A stretch of 64,000 nt of DNA, from the NCBI GenBank assembly GCA_964631145.1, contig CAZVXT010000001.1, forward strand, positions 52,969 through 116,968. Reading direction: 5' to 3'. The position numbers were made by a program, and so were the translations under genes. Origin of the DNA: an uncultured Candidatus Saccharibacteria bacterium. GTDB taxonomy: Bacteria; Patescibacteriota; Doudnabacteria; UBA920. Of the stretch, positions 9,913 through 20,364 are shown piece after piece; within the stretch, counting starts at the first letter, position 1; every line of letters starts with the position of its first letter. Below the pieces are notes generated by a model that was not told the origin of the DNA, did not search any database, and was given only the letters and a program-made list of their open reading frames with translations.

Positions 9913-10584
9913 ATGAAAGCTAATTTAAATCCAAACACTATCATAGAAAAATTAGTAGTAGTACTAGCTTTTCTACCACTTGTTACAATGGTATATCCAG
10001 AAACAGTGGCTGCTGCATATAATGAAGCGGAAGTGTCTGGGAGACAAGCTATAGTTTTTCAACTCAACTCAAAATCAAAAACAGAAATTGACAATGTATC
10101 CATGTTAACTTATGACCAAGCGGCAGCTGCCGATCCATTGGTAGGAAAAGTTAAAGCTTATTTACAGAGCAAAGGATCACCTTTGGCAATATATGCCGAT
10201 GAAATTGTTAAACAACCACAATGGCAACGTGCTTTAGCTATCAGTTACGTAGAAAGTAACTTTGGTAAGCGTTGTGCAAACAACAACTGTAGCGGTATTG
10301 GTGTAAAACCAGGACACCCGTCTTGGAGAAAATACAACACCAAACTAGATTGGTTTAAAGATATGTCTGCCTTGTTAGAAAAACCAACTTATAAAGAAAA
10401 ATATAAAACCTGTGCCCAAATGAAAGGTGTTTATGTAGTACCTGGAAGCAGCAGGTGGGTAAATGGTTGTAACCAAGTAAGCGGCGAATTACTAACTATT
10501 ACACGTGAAGCAGAACAAGAACGTCTTGCTTTGTCTAACACAAATAATACAGTAGTTGCTGCTACAACTTTGATTGAAAAATAA
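9913..10584 (+). CDS. Secreted GH73-like peptidoglycan hydrolase (N-acetylglucosaminidase family), tentative
   Basis: Signal-peptide-like N-terminus; YVESNFGKRCANNNCSGIGVK resembles the GH73 hallmark E-S-x-x-G ... N-N-x-F-G-I-K; AAGGAG SD 9 nt upstream of the ATG at 9913. Confidence 0.4.
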   Translation: MKANLNPNTIIEKLVVVLAFLPLVTMVYPETVAAAYNEAEVSGRQAIVFQLNSKSKTEIDNVSMLTYDQAAAADPLVGKVKAYLQSKGSPLAIYADEIVKQPQWQRALAISYVESNFGKRCANNNCSGIGVKPGHPSWRKYNTKLDWFKDMSALLEKPTYKEKYKTCAQMKGVYVVPGSSRWVNGCNQVSGELLTITREAEQERLALSNTNNTVVAATTLIEK

Positions 10585-10616
10585 AATGCAAAAGCCGCTA
10601 TAAATTAGCGGCTTTT
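10585..10616 (+). terminator. Rho-independent terminator
   Basis: AAAAGCCGCTATAAATTAGCGGCTTTTGTTTT. Confidence 0.7.
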
Positions 10617-10679
10617 GTTTTATATAATAACTTGAAGAAATTATTTGTTTAAGTTAAAATATGAAAGTATTTAAAAATT

Positions 10680-10754
<75 letters not shown>

Positions 10755-10770
10755 CTAAAAACCAACCCGT

Positions 10771-10857
10771 GCCTGGGTGGCGGAACTGGTATACGCACAG
10801 GACTTAAAATCCTGGGCCCGAAAGGGATTGAGGGTTCGATTCCCTCCTCAGGCACCA
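10771..10857 (+). tRNA. tRNA-Leu(TAA), type II
   Basis: Anticodon loop CTTAAAA, long variable arm, T-arm GGTTCGATTCC, CCA end. Confidence 0.85.
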
Positions 10858-10888
10858 AAAAAGACGTTATTTGATAACGTCTTTTTTA
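10858..10888 (+). terminator. Rho-independent terminator after tRNA-Leu
   Basis: AAGACGTTATTTGATAACGTCTTTTTT. Confidence 0.7.
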
Positions 10889-10940
10889 TTGACACAATAC
10901 AAAATGAGAGCTACAATCTAAAGTCACTATAGGAGGAAAT

Positions 10941-11516
10941 ATGACTGTTCAATATAATAATGAAATAGTGTTAGTTGACATAGATGGGACTAAAGCCAAT
11001 ATTGAAACTTCTTTTGATCCAAAGCTTAAATTAATTTTGCCGAAAGAAATATACGATACCAGAGATCGAAGCAAATACTGGATAGAAGAACAGTTTGATA
11101 AGAAATATCACCAAAAAATTTATGATATTTTTTTACAAGAAGGATTCTTTTTAAACTTAAATCCGATAGAGGGTGCAATAGAAGCAATTCATCAAATGAC
11201 AGATTTGGGATTAGATGTATTAATTTGCACAACACCACATCTTAATTCTAAATTTTGCATAAATGAAAAAATTGCTTGGATAAAAAAATATTTTGGAAAT
11301 GATTTTGAAAAAAGAATTCTGCCGGTGTATGACAAAACGCTAATTCATGGTCAAATCTTAATTGATGATAAACCAGAAATCTCTGGAAGAATTTCCAAAC
11401 CATCCTGGACACATATCATTTTTGACGCTCCCTATAACCAACATATTGATACAAAATACAGAATACGTAATTGGTCTAAGTGGAGAGAAACTGTAGATTT
11501 AATATTAAAGAGCTAG
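10941..11516 (+). CDS. 5'(3')-deoxyribonucleotidase (HAD superfamily, NT5C-like)
   Basis: N-terminal DxDGT motif (VLVDIDGT) and size typical of the 5'(3')-deoxyribonucleotidase family; perfect AGGAGGAAAT SD. Confidence 0.6.
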   Translation: MTVQYNNEIVLVDIDGTKANIETSFDPKLKLILPKEIYDTRDRSKYWIEEQFDKKYHQKIYDIFLQEGFFLNLNPIEGAIEAIHQMTDLGLDVLICTTPHLNSKFCINEKIAWIKKYFGNDFEKRILPVYDKTLIHGQILIDDKPEISGRISKPSWTHIIFDAPYNQHIDTKYRIRNWSKWRETVDLILKS

Positions 11517-11540
11517 CATTTTGCTAGCTCTTCTTTTTTA

Positions 11541-12767
11541 TTATTCAGGTTGAACTTCTGCAACTGGAGCAGATTCTTCTACAACTTCTTCTGCTTTAAC
11601 TTCTTTTTTAGGTGCTTCTGTTAATTGCTTAATAGAAAGACCTAAGCGATGTTCTGCAGGTTCGATAGAGATAACTTTAAATTCTCTTTCTTCACCTTCT
11701 TTAACTACTTGATCAGCAGATTTAACTTCTTCATGAGCAAGCTCGATAAGATGAGCCAAACCTTGAATATCATTATCAAGTTCTACAAACACACCAAATG
11801 GCATAATTTTAGAAACTTTTCCCTTTACAACTTGTCCTAGTTGATATTTTTTAACTGCTTCTTGCCATGGATCTACTTGAAGTTGTTTGATAGACAAACT
11901 AACACGACCCTTTTCGATAGCAATAATTTTTGCAGTTACAGTATCACCAACCTTAAATAAATCTTTTGGATTTTCAATACGTTGCCATGCAAGTTCTGAA
12001 ATATGAACCAAACCTTCTAATTCACCAAACTTAATGAATACACCAAAGTCTACAATACCAGTAATGCTTCCAGTAACAGTATCACCAATTTTAAGACTTG
12101 AAAGTCTGTTAGCCATTTCTTCTTCGAAGACAGCCTTTTCAGAAACGATCAATTTTTCTTCTTCTGGATCAGCTGTAATAACAGCAACATTAAAGAATTG
12201 ACCTACATAACTATTAAGGACACCCAAGATACGATTCTTATCACCCTCTTCAACACGAGGATAGTGCTCAATTGATAATTGAGATACTGGCAAGAAACCA
12301 ACAACATTGTTAATTTCTACCATCAAACCACCTTTATTAGCAGATAAAATCTTAGTAGCAACAATTTCACGGCTTTCCATAAGATCTTTAAGCTTCTGCC
12401 AAACGCGTTCGTGACCAGCTTGACGAAGAGACATTTCGACATTACCTTCACGGTTTTCTGTTTCTACAACAGAAGCAGCAATTAGATCACCAGGTTTTAG
12501 AGAGTTTAATGTAGCTTGATCATCATATAATTCACGACCTCTTACTACACCTACACCATAACCTGTTAAATCGATGTAAACTTCATTCTTAGAGACAGAG
12601 ATGATTTTACCTTCAACCATATCACCTGGCTTTAGCACACGAATCTCTGCGCCACTACCAAGCAAATCTGTCATGGTTTTTGCATTGTTATCACCAGTCA
12701 CGTCGGACGGAGTAACAGTTAAGTCGTCAGTCTTAACAACTTCTTCTTGCTTTATGTCTTCTGACAT
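11541..12767 (-). CDS. rpsA: 30S ribosomal protein S1
   Basis: Multiple S1 repeats (..GDMVEGKIISV.., GDTVTGSITGIVDFGVFIKF, GQVVKGKVSKIMPFGVFVEL). Confidence 0.9.
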   Translation of the reverse strand: MSEDIKQEEVVKTDDLTVTPSDVTGDNNAKTMTDLLGSGAEIRVLKPGDMVEGKIISVSKNEVYIDLTGYGVGVVRGRELYDDQATLNSLKPGDLIAASVVETENREGNVEMSLRQAGHERVWQKLKDLMESREIVATKILSANKGGLMVEINNVVGFLPVSQLSIEHYPRVEEGDKNRILGVLNSYVGQFFNVAVITADPEEEKLIVSEKAVFEEEMANRLSSLKIGDTVTGSITGIVDFGVFIKFGELEGLVHISELAWQRIENPKDLFKVGDTVTAKIIAIEKGRVSLSIKQLQVDPWQEAVKKYQLGQVVKGKVSKIMPFGVFVELDNDIQGLAHLIELAHEEVKSADQVVKEGEEREFKVISIEPAEHRLGLSIKQLTEAPKKEVKAEEVVEESAPVAEVQPE

Positions 12768-13043
12768 TTAATTAATTTCCTATCAATGTATAAAAATAAA
12801 AACAACGTTTAGACGTTGCAATAAAATCTAAAAAGTATTCAAATACATTAATTATTAAACACGCCAATTACTTAGACTTATTGGGGGTTAAGATTTAAGA
12901 AAGAATAGCTTAAACATTTAAATTATTCTTGAAAGGCGTGTACGCCAATAAGTGTTAAGATTATAGCGTTTTTATCTAGCTTTGACAAGTCCTAAATTTA
13001 ATGATATTTTTATATATAAAATTACAAATTAGGAGGAAAAATT

Positions 13044-13724
13044 ATGAGTTGGTTTGAAGAGTTAACCCAAAGTAATACGCAAATTGCTGAATTAAAAACA
13101 ATTCAATCAAAAATTAATAGTATAACTTATACAAAACAAGTTTTAGAAGAAAAAGAGCAAAGCCTTAATGGAGACAGCCAAAATTTAATAAAAAATTTGG
13201 CTGAATTAATTAAAAATGGCGAGCTGTATTTAGACAAAACTTTGAATTACATAATTTCTAGGAATACGAATTTTGAACTTTGGAAACCTTTATACGATAG
13301 GCTAGGAGCTTTAGATGAGTTATTAAGAAGGCACATTGATGATGAGTTGATGTTCATACAGATCGCTGATCAAAATGATGTTAGCTGTTTGCATTTTAAA
13401 AACCACGGTGGAGAGCTGGCATATCAAAACGGTATAGCCACTCTATTTATTAAAGCTGATGAAGCTTATTATAATAACACTTACAACACAAACCAAGAAC
13501 CTAGTTCTAAATTTAATCCTAGCAATATCCTTTCGGAACACGACAATTATATTAAACTGTGGGGTTTTGACATTAGATTCTGGAAATATGATCCGTTAGA
13601 ATTTGAGCCAATAATTAAAAATGAAAGTATTTTATATATATTATTTGGAAAAGACCAAATCATGAATTGTGCCGAACAAAACAAGATTGTTCCTTTGGTT
13701 GATGATTTGAGAATGCGAAAATAA
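13044..13724 (+). CDS. Hypothetical protein (accessory-class, perfect SD, own terminator)
   Basis: 226-aa ORF; AGGAGGAAAAATTATG; no recognisable domain. Confidence 0.5.
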   Translation: MSWFEELTQSNTQIAELKTIQSKINSITYTKQVLEEKEQSLNGDSQNLIKNLAELIKNGELYLDKTLNYIISRNTNFELWKPLYDRLGALDELLRRHIDDELMFIQIADQNDVSCLHFKNHGGELAYQNGIATLFIKADEAYYNNTYNTNQEPSSKFNPSNILSEHDNYIKLWGFDIRFWKYDPLEFEPIIKNESILYILFGKDQIMNCAEQNKIVPLVDDLRMRK

Positions 13725-13726
13725 TA

Positions 13727-13760
13727 AAAACCTCGAGAAATTTCTCGAGGTTATTTTTTT
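13727..13760. terminator. Bidirectional rho-independent terminator between convergent genes
   Basis: AAAAACCTCGAGAAATTTCTCGAGGTTATTTTTTT palindrome. Confidence 0.7.
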
Positions 13761-14280
13761 ATTTAGAGACAGACTGTGCGTTGTTTTGATTGATTAAATC
13801 AAGCACTAATTCTTCAATTAATTGGTGTGTTTTTTCTTGAGGCAAATGAACACATGTTTGATAATTTGTATCATTTATTAAAAACTGTTTATTACTGCCT
13901 AAAATTTTTGTTCCGTTTTTAGAATAAACAGAAACGTTTACATAGTTTAGGCAGTTAGTTTCAGTCCAAAACCAAATATCAATCTTTAATGACAACACTA
14001 TTCCATTTGGGTCATATTGAGCACCTGAAGAAAATAATAATGATTTAAATTGATTTAAAATTTCAGACTTTTGATCTAAAAAGCTTTGACCAGGACCTGA
14101 ATTATCTCTTTCAAAGTCAATTTGGGAAATTAATAATGGGGCTTTTGTAAAGCCAGCTTTTAGAGTATTTTGCCTAACCATAAACACACTATCATATGCC
14201 GAAATTGCCAGATAGATAAATAGTGGCATAAAGGCAAAAAGCACAATTGCAATCCGTTTGAAAGTAAAAACTTCTTTCAT
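13759..14280 (-). CDS. Hypothetical N-terminally anchored/secreted protein
   Basis: 173 aa with an N-terminal hydrophobic segment; GGAGGA SD. Confidence 0.45.
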   Translation of the reverse strand: MKEVFTFKRIAIVLFAFMPLFIYLAISAYDSVFMVRQNTLKAGFTKAPLLISQIDFERDNSGPGQSFLDQKSEILNQFKSLLFSSGAQYDPNGIVLSLKIDIWFWTETNCLNYVNVSVYSKNGTKILGSNKQFLINDTNYQTCVHLPQEKTHQLIEELVLDLINQNNAQSVSK

Positions 14281-14412
14281 ATTTCAATCCTCCAATTTTT
14301 GATTTAAACTTATCTACAATTTTAAAAACAAGCAGATAATTATGTTAATTAAACCAAAGAATTGCGTATTTGTCAAGATGCAATGCTTAAACAAAACTGT
14401 TATAATTTATGC

Positions 14413-15045
14413 ATGCAAATTCAATATTTTGGGCTTTCTAGCTATAAAATTACTACAAAGGAAGCAGTAGTGATTACCGATCCTTTTGACAAAGAATCAG
14501 GACTAACTCCACCGCGAGGTGCTGCCGATATAATTATTCTTGCAGAAGAGAAGAACAAGCTTTACACAGCAACCTCTGGATTTTCTGGAGAACCATTTAT
14601 TATCCCTGGACCAGGAGAATACGACACTAAAGGTGTAACAGTTACAGGAATACCGCTTAAACAAGATGAGGGAAGATATGTTACGGTTTATCTAATTGAA
14701 AGTGAGGGTATAAAAATTTTAAACCTTACCCACATTAGAGAGTGGAATATCAAGCACGATGATTTGGAAGATTTAGGAGAAATAGACATCTTAATTTTAC
14801 CTGTAGGTAGCAATAGCGTAATGCTTCCTAAACTAGCTTCGCAAATTGCACATGATATTGAACCAAAAATTGTAATCCCAAGTCACTACGAAACAAAAGG
14901 GCTTGCACTACCTTACGAAAAAGTTGATGAATTTCTAAAAATCTATGGCGTAAAAGATGTAGAAGCAATAGATAAGCTAAGCTTGAAGAAAAAAGACTTA
15001 ACACAAGAAAAAACCCAAGTGGTAATCCTAGACCCATTGAGGTAA
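14413..15045 (+). CDS. MBL-fold (UPF0173-like) protein with a degenerate metal-binding motif
   Basis: Overall pattern (ITDPF..., ...VIPSHYET) resembles UPF0173 metallo-hydrolases, but the HxHxDH position reads ILAEEKN; start chosen at 14413 because TATAAT lies at -12..-7. Confidence 0.4.
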   Translation: MQIQYFGLSSYKITTKEAVVITDPFDKESGLTPPRGAADIIILAEEKNKLYTATSGFSGEPFIIPGPGEYDTKGVTVTGIPLKQDEGRYVTVYLIESEGIKILNLTHIREWNIKHDDLEDLGEIDILILPVGSNSVMLPKLASQIAHDIEPKIVIPSHYETKGLALPYEKVDEFLKIYGVKDVEAIDKLSLKKKDLTQEKTQVVILDPLR

Positions 15046-15219
15046 ATATAAATTCTAGTATAGGGTATGCTTTTGAAAGTATTATAGTTTTTTCACTAGT
15101 CCTCGCTCTATAAATAAGTTTATAATAAAGAGCTGTGGAATTCGTTCAAAAACTATAATACTTGCAACAACAAATATAAACACTGCAATAAATTTCTAAC
15201 AAAAAACTAAAACAACAAA

Positions 15220-15435
15220 ATGAAAAAAGTTATTGAAAAAATTCGTCAAAAACCCGAACACGAACAAAATCGAATAATATGGGTTGTTGCAGCCATAGCA
15301 ATTATTATTCTATTGGGTTTATGGATCTTATTAGGAAATTCTAAAAGAGCCAATTCTCCAGGGGGAGTGATCAATAACATTAACCAAGAAGTAAACGATA
15401 ATAAAAATCTGTTTCCAAACTTATTTAATAAATAA
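15220..15435 (+). CDS. Small membrane protein immediately upstream of gyrA
   Basis: 71 aa with a single TM helix; 8-nt gap to gyrA. Confidence 0.35.
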   Translation: MKKVIEKIRQKPEHEQNRIIWVVAAIAIIILLGLWILLGNSKRANSPGGVINNINQEVNDNKNLFPNLFNK

Positions 15436-15443
15436 CAGTTAAC

Positions 15444-17912
15444 ATGCCAAAAGAAGAAACTTTGACAAACAATAATGTAGGAGTGATCAAACAGCGTTTC
15501 CTTGAACAAGAAATGCAAGAATCATACCTCGATTACGCAATGAGCGTTATTGTTGCACGTGCTTTACCAGATGTTAGAGATGGAATGAAGCCAGTTCATC
15601 GCCGTATTTTGTATGCCATGCAATCCATGGGATTGCGACATAATGGAAAAACTACTAAGTCAGCAAAAGTTGTAGGTGAAGTTCTTGGTAAATATCACCC
15701 TCATGGAGATACCGCTGTATACGATTCTATGGTTCACATGGCGCAAGAATTCTCTATGCGTTATCCATTAGTAATTGGTCAGGGTAACTTTGGATCCATG
15801 GACGGCGATAGTCCCGCTGCGATGCGTTATACAGAAGCCAAGCTTAGCGCTTTAGCAGAAGAGATCTTAACAGATATAGAAAAAGATACAGTAGACTTTA
15901 GAGACAACTACGATACTACCGAGAAAGAACCTGTAGTACTTCCTGGTAAAGTACCTAATCTTTTACTAAATGGAACATTAGGTATTGCGGTTGGTATGGC
16001 GACTGACATGCCTCCTCATAACTTAAATGAAGTAGCAGATGCGATCGTTGCAACCATAGAAAATAACGATATCACCATAGATGAGTTAACCGATATTATC
16101 AAAGGACCTGACTTTCCTACCGGTGGAATTATTTACGACCGCAAAGCTATCAAAGAAGCTTACGCATTAGGAAAAGGGGGTATAGTAACCAGAGCAAGAG
16201 CAGAAATTGATGAAATGAAAAATGGACAACCGCGCATAGTTGTTACTGAAATTCCTTACCGAGTAAACAAAGCTACTTTATTAGAAAAAATCGCCGACTT
16301 AGTAAGAGATAAAAAGGTTGAAGGCATTAAAGATGTTCGTGATGAAAGCGATAAAGATGGAGTTCGAGTTGTAATAGAACTTAAGAAAGAAGCTTTAGCA
16401 AATAAAATCTTAAACCAACTTTACAAGTATACTCAATTGCAAGATACCTTCCATATGAACATGCTTGCATTAGTTGACGGAATAGAACCTCATGTACTTA
16501 ATCTAAAAACTATTTTAGAAAAATACATTGAGCACCGCCAAGTAGTAGTTCGTAGAAGAACAGAATATGAACTTCGCAAAGCAAAAGAACGAGCTCATAT
16601 TTTGGAAGGTTTAAAGATTGCTTTAGATCATATTGATGAAGTAATCGCCTTAATTAGAAAAAGTGGAGATAAGGTAGAAGCGAAAGCAAACTTAATTAAG
16701 AAGTTTAAGCTTACCGAAATACAAGCAGATGCAATCTTAGAAATGCGCCTTCAAACTTTAGCAGGATTAGAACGCAAAAAGATTGAAGATGAATTAAAAG
16801 AAAAGCTTAAACTGATCGCTGAATTAGAAGGAATATTAAAATCAGAAAAGAAAATTTTAGGCATTATCAAAACCGAAGTCCTCGAACTTAAAGACAAATT
16901 TGGAGATGAACGCCGAACAAGTATTGTGGCTCAAGGTATTGGGCAATTTAACGCTGAAGATCTGATTCCAGAAAATAGCGTTATTATCTCTACTACTAAA
17001 TCAGGATACATTAAACGTCAATCTCCAGACACCTATAGACAACAAAGTCGTGGCGGTAAAGGGGTTATCGGACAGACACTAAAAGAAGAAGATGTTATCG
17101 ATACTGTAATATCTGCCTCTAGTCATGATGATATGATGTTCTTTACCAACAAAGGAAGATTATTTGTAACCAAAGCTTACGAATTGCCAGAAAGCAGCCG
17201 TACCAGCAAAGGACAAGCCTTAGTAAACTTCCTACAATTGGGTAATGATGAACAAGCTACAGCCATATTAGCAGTTCCAAAAAACTCTACAGCAAAATAC
17301 TTGGTGATGGCAACCAAAAACGGACTTATCAAAAAAGTTGACCGCGATGCATTTGATAAAGTTAGGAAGAGTGGAATTATCGCTATTGGACTCAAAGATA
17401 CTGATGAACTAAAATGGGTTAAAACAAGTAGTGGTAATGACGAAATAATGCTTTCTACAGAAGATGGGCAAGCTATACGCTTTAAAGAATCTGATATCAG
17501 AGCCATGGGAAGAACAGCTAGCGGCGTTACAGGTATCAGACTAAAAAAGAGTGATCATGTAATTTCTATGGATATTATCGATAAAGAAATGGCTGGTCAG
17601 GGACGCGATGTACTTGTAGTTATGGAATTAGGGTTAAGCAAAAAAACCCCAGTGAAAGACTACAAGATTCAAAAAAGAGCAGGTAGTGGAATTAAGACTG
17701 TAAAGATAACTCCGAAAACAGGAAAAATAGTATCAATGGCAATTCTTAGCCCAGAAGATAATAATGACAAAGATTTATTAATTATTTCTAAGCAAGGGCA
17801 AACCATTAGAACATCTCTAAAATCAATCTCTACACTAGGTAGAACAACCCAAGGCGTTAGGGTCATGAAATTAGCAGACGGTGATACGATTGCCAGCGCA
17901 ACTGTTGTATAA
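15444..17912 (+). CDS. gyrA: DNA gyrase subunit A
   Basis: [26 protein letters not shown] and the active-site region; 822 aa. Confidence 0.95.
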   Translation: MPKEETLTNNNVGVIKQRFLEQEMQESYLDYAMSVIVARALPDVRDGMKPVHRRILYAMQSMGLRHNGKTTKSAKVVGEVLGKYHPHGDTAVYDSMVHMAQEFSMRYPLVIGQGNFGSMDGDSPAAMRYTEAKLSALAEEILTDIEKDTVDFRDNYDTTEKEPVVLPGKVPNLLLNGTLGIAVGMATDMPPHNLNEVADAIVATIENNDITIDELTDIIKGPDFPTGGIIYDRKAIKEAYALGKGGIVTRARAEIDEMKNGQPRIVVTEIPYRVNKATLLEKIADLVRDKKVEGIKDVRDESDKDGVRVVIELKKEALANKILNQLYKYTQLQDTFHMNMLALVDGIEPHVLNLKTILEKYIEHRQVVVRRRTEYELRKAKERAHILEGLKIALDHIDEVIALIRKSGDKVEAKANLIKKFKLTEIQADAILEMRLQTLAGLERKKIEDELKEKLKLIAELEGILKSEKKILGIIKTEVLELKDKFGDERRTSIVAQGIGQFNAEDLIPENSVIISTTKSGYIKRQSPDTYRQQSRGGKGVIGQTLKEEDVIDTVISASSHDDMMFFTNKGRLFVTKAYELPESSRTSKGQALVNFLQLGNDEQATAILAVPKNSTAKYLVMATKNGLIKKVDRDAFDKVRKSGIIAIGLKDTDELKWVKTSSGNDEIMLSTEDGQAIRFKESDIRAMGRTASGVTGIRLKKSDHVISMDIIDKEMAGQGRDVLVVMELGLSKKTPVKDYKIQKRAGSGIKTVKITPKTGKIVSMAILSPEDNNDKDLLIISKQGQTIRTSLKSISTLGRTTQGVRVMKLADGDTIASATVV

Positions 17913-17916
17913 AAAT

Positions 17917-17947
17917 AAAAAGACTATCGATTGATAGTCTTTTTTGT
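17917..17947. terminator. Bidirectional terminator between gyrA and the HD-domain gene
   Basis: AAAAGACTATCGATTGATAGTCTTTTTTG. Confidence 0.7.
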
Positions 17948-19132
17948 TTAAATTAAATTTTCTATTGCAAATTTTTCGGCTTGATCGATAATCTTATGAT
18001 TAATATATTCAGGAGCAATGTTAATATGAACCAAATAATTATTATCGTAAGGATTTCGATTAAGCATATAGCGTTCTCCATTAATCTCTGATAATGGAAT
18101 TTTGACAGAGCGACCTATTCTATCTTGCCCAAGATAAACAGTAACCGCATCTACTGGTAGATTATTTTGCTTAGCAAAAATGCATGCCATAACAAACCTG
18201 TTGTCCCAAATTGAAATACCTTTTAATCTTTGACTAGGACTAGAGCTTTTATAAGTATAAACCCTGTGCAAAAACCTCCATTCTTTGAGGCGATTCAGAA
18301 AACCCAACGCCACACTGTCCTGACAATAAGCTTTTCTTGATAAATAATTTAGAGCCTCTTGATCAGTGAATGTAAAAAATAATTTACTCTTAGCAATGTC
18401 ATTCTGCAAGTAATATAAAACAGAAGATAACATGCTCGCAATTATTAAGTGAGGTTCTCCGTATGCGTTTTCATATACGCTTTTTCTTGCATCCATCCAA
18501 CCAACTATTTGTTGATGCAAAATTCCACGCTCCTGAATAGGAAATTCAAAAATCCACTCTTCACCATTCCATCTAAAATGTTTTGCAATGGTAACCGGGT
18601 TATACCAACTTTTCCATCTATTAATAGATATTGCATATCTATTAATATTATCCAAATTATCTATATCTAAAGAACCATGGATAATATCAGAAAAGGGTTT
18701 ATTTTTTCCACAGATCATAGCGACTAAGTCTTTAATATCTATGTTACAGTCTTCTATTAGTTTTCTATCGTCCTTGTGCTTACTTAACAAAACTTCTAAA
18801 TAGCTTTCACCGTTATGGTTAATAAATTTCTTCATTAAAGGCTCAGATAAATGGGCAAATGGAGGGTTACCATAATCATGATAAAGAGCTGATAAAAAAA
18901 TCAATGTTAATTGACTTGTTGTTAGATGCGGGTTATTTTTCACCACCTGCAGAGCTAGATATAACACACCCAAACCATGATGAAACCTTGAAGGTAACGA
19001 AAATGGTAAAAATTGGTTTGGAATAATCCCCAAAGTAATATTTCTAGCCCTTTTGGACAAAACACTGGACATAAAAGGTTCCAGCCATTTAGGCAACTCA
19101 TATTCTCCATAAATTGTGTCGTAAATTTGCAT
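17948..19132 (-). CDS. HD-domain phosphohydrolase related to dGTPase/SAMHD1-type dNTP triphosphohydrolases, with a divergent HD-region signature
   Basis: PSRFHHGLGV and ALYHDYGNPPFAHLSE correspond to dGTPase motifs (H..H and HD..H.PF.H); AGGAGGA SD. Confidence 0.6.
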   Translation of the reverse strand: MQIYDTIYGEYELPKWLEPFMSSVLSKRARNITLGIIPNQFLPFSLPSRFHHGLGVLYLALQVVKNNPHLTTSQLTLIFLSALYHDYGNPPFAHLSEPLMKKFINHNGESYLEVLLSKHKDDRKLIEDCNIDIKDLVAMICGKNKPFSDIIHGSLDIDNLDNINRYAISINRWKSWYNPVTIAKHFRWNGEEWIFEFPIQERGILHQQIVGWMDARKSVYENAYGEPHLIIASMLSSVLYYLQNDIAKSKLFFTFTDQEALNYLSRKAYCQDSVALGFLNRLKEWRFLHRVYTYKSSSPSQRLKGISIWDNRFVMACIFAKQNNLPVDAVTVYLGQDRIGRSVKIPLSEINGERYMLNRNPYDNNYLVHINIAPEYINHKIIDQAEKFAIENLI

Positions 19133-19295
19133 AAATCCTCCTAATATTTAATATATTAAAGTAACAGCTTTGTTAAATTTAGTCAATTTAAAGGGTTTTT
19201 TAAAGATTGATCAAATTGTTAAGATAAACTATAATACCTAAGTATTTGATTTATAAGCAAGAATTTATTCCCAGCAATACAAATAAATAATTAAT

Positions 19296-19372
19296 GCGCG
19301 TGTAGCTCAGTTGGTTAGAGCACAAAGCTTATACCTTTGCGGTCCCTGGTTCGAGTCCAGGCACGCGCACCA
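19296..19372 (+). tRNA. tRNA-Ile with UAU anticodon (reads AUA), preceded by the conserved 18-nt motif at 19230..19247
   Basis: Canonical cloverleaf; anticodon loop CTTATAC; T-arm GGTTCGAGTCC; CCA end. Confidence 0.75.
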
Positions 19373-19385
19373 CTAAACACATTTT

Positions 19386-19652
19386 ATGGATATTGAAAAA
19401 CAAAAAGAAGTTTTTGAAGATAAATATCAATCCAAGCTTGGTATGGGATATGATGAATGGTTAGATCAAGCCCCAGAAACAGAAGATCAAGCATATGAAA
19501 AACTTGCAGAAATAGATAAAGAATTAAAGCAATTAGCAGATGCATTAAGTAACAGCCAAGGTGGTCATAGAGAAGAATTAGAAGACGAAAGAGATAGATT
19601 AAAATTAGAATACGATATCATTGAAGAAATGTTTGGTTTAGAATTAGATTAA
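19386..19652 (+). CDS. Hypothetical acidic protein
   Basis: 88 aa, D/E-rich. Confidence 0.4.
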   Translation: MDIEKQKEVFEDKYQSKLGMGYDEWLDQAPETEDQAYEKLAEIDKELKQLADALSNSQGGHREELEDERDRLKLEYDIIEEMFGLELD

Positions 19653-19693
19653 TAATTAACACCTTTTACCATAAAGGTGTTTTTGATAAAAAT

Positions 19694-20359
19694 ATGTTAT
19701 ATATTGTACCTACCCCAATAGGAAACTTAGAAGACATTACATTACGTTCTAAAAAAGCTTTAAGTGAAGCTGATTTTTTAATTGCAGAAAACCCTTCTAC
19801 AACTAAAAAGCTTTTAAACTTACTAGGTATAACAAAAAAAGAGGTGGTGCAATTAGCGGATCATAATGAAGCACGAGTTTTAGATACGTTAATTGAAAAA
19901 CCAAAAACACAGTCAGCGTGTTTGGTTAGTGATGCAGGTACTCCAACTATTTCTGATCCAGGATTTAAACTAGTCAGAGAATGTAGAAAAAATAATATTG
20001 AAATTATTTCGCTACCAGGTGCTACTGCAATTACAACCGCACTCGCAGGATCCGGGCTTCCTACAGATAAGTTTATATTTTCTGGATTCTTTCCTAAAAC
20101 TGAAATTAAAGTTTGTAGACAAATAGAAGAAGCTAAGAATATAGAAGCCACTCTAATAGCTTACGAATCTCCTCAAAGGTTAATCAAAACTTTAGAAATA
20201 ATAAACAAAAACTTTTCTGACGCCAAAGTGGTAGTAGCAAGAGAACTTACCAAAATGCACGAAGAATTTGTTTATGGAACTATAAAAGAAGTATTAGAAA
20301 AATTTAAGACCAGACAATCAATTAAAGGTGAAATAGTTATATTAATTTCTTTTAAATAA
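19694..20359 (+). CDS. rsmI: 16S rRNA (cytidine1402-2'-O)-methyltransferase RsmI
   Basis: MLYIVPTPIGNLEDIT...; tetrapyrrole-methylase-fold signature. Confidence 0.85.
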   Translation: MLYIVPTPIGNLEDITLRSKKALSEADFLIAENPSTTKKLLNLLGITKKEVVQLADHNEARVLDTLIEKPKTQSACLVSDAGTPTISDPGFKLVRECRKNNIEIISLPGATAITTALAGSGLPTDKFIFSGFFPKTEIKVCRQIEEAKNIEATLIAYESPQRLIKTLEIINKNFSDAKVVVARELTKMHEEFVYGTIKEVLEKFKTRQSIKGEIVILISFK

Positions 20360-20364
20360 TAATT

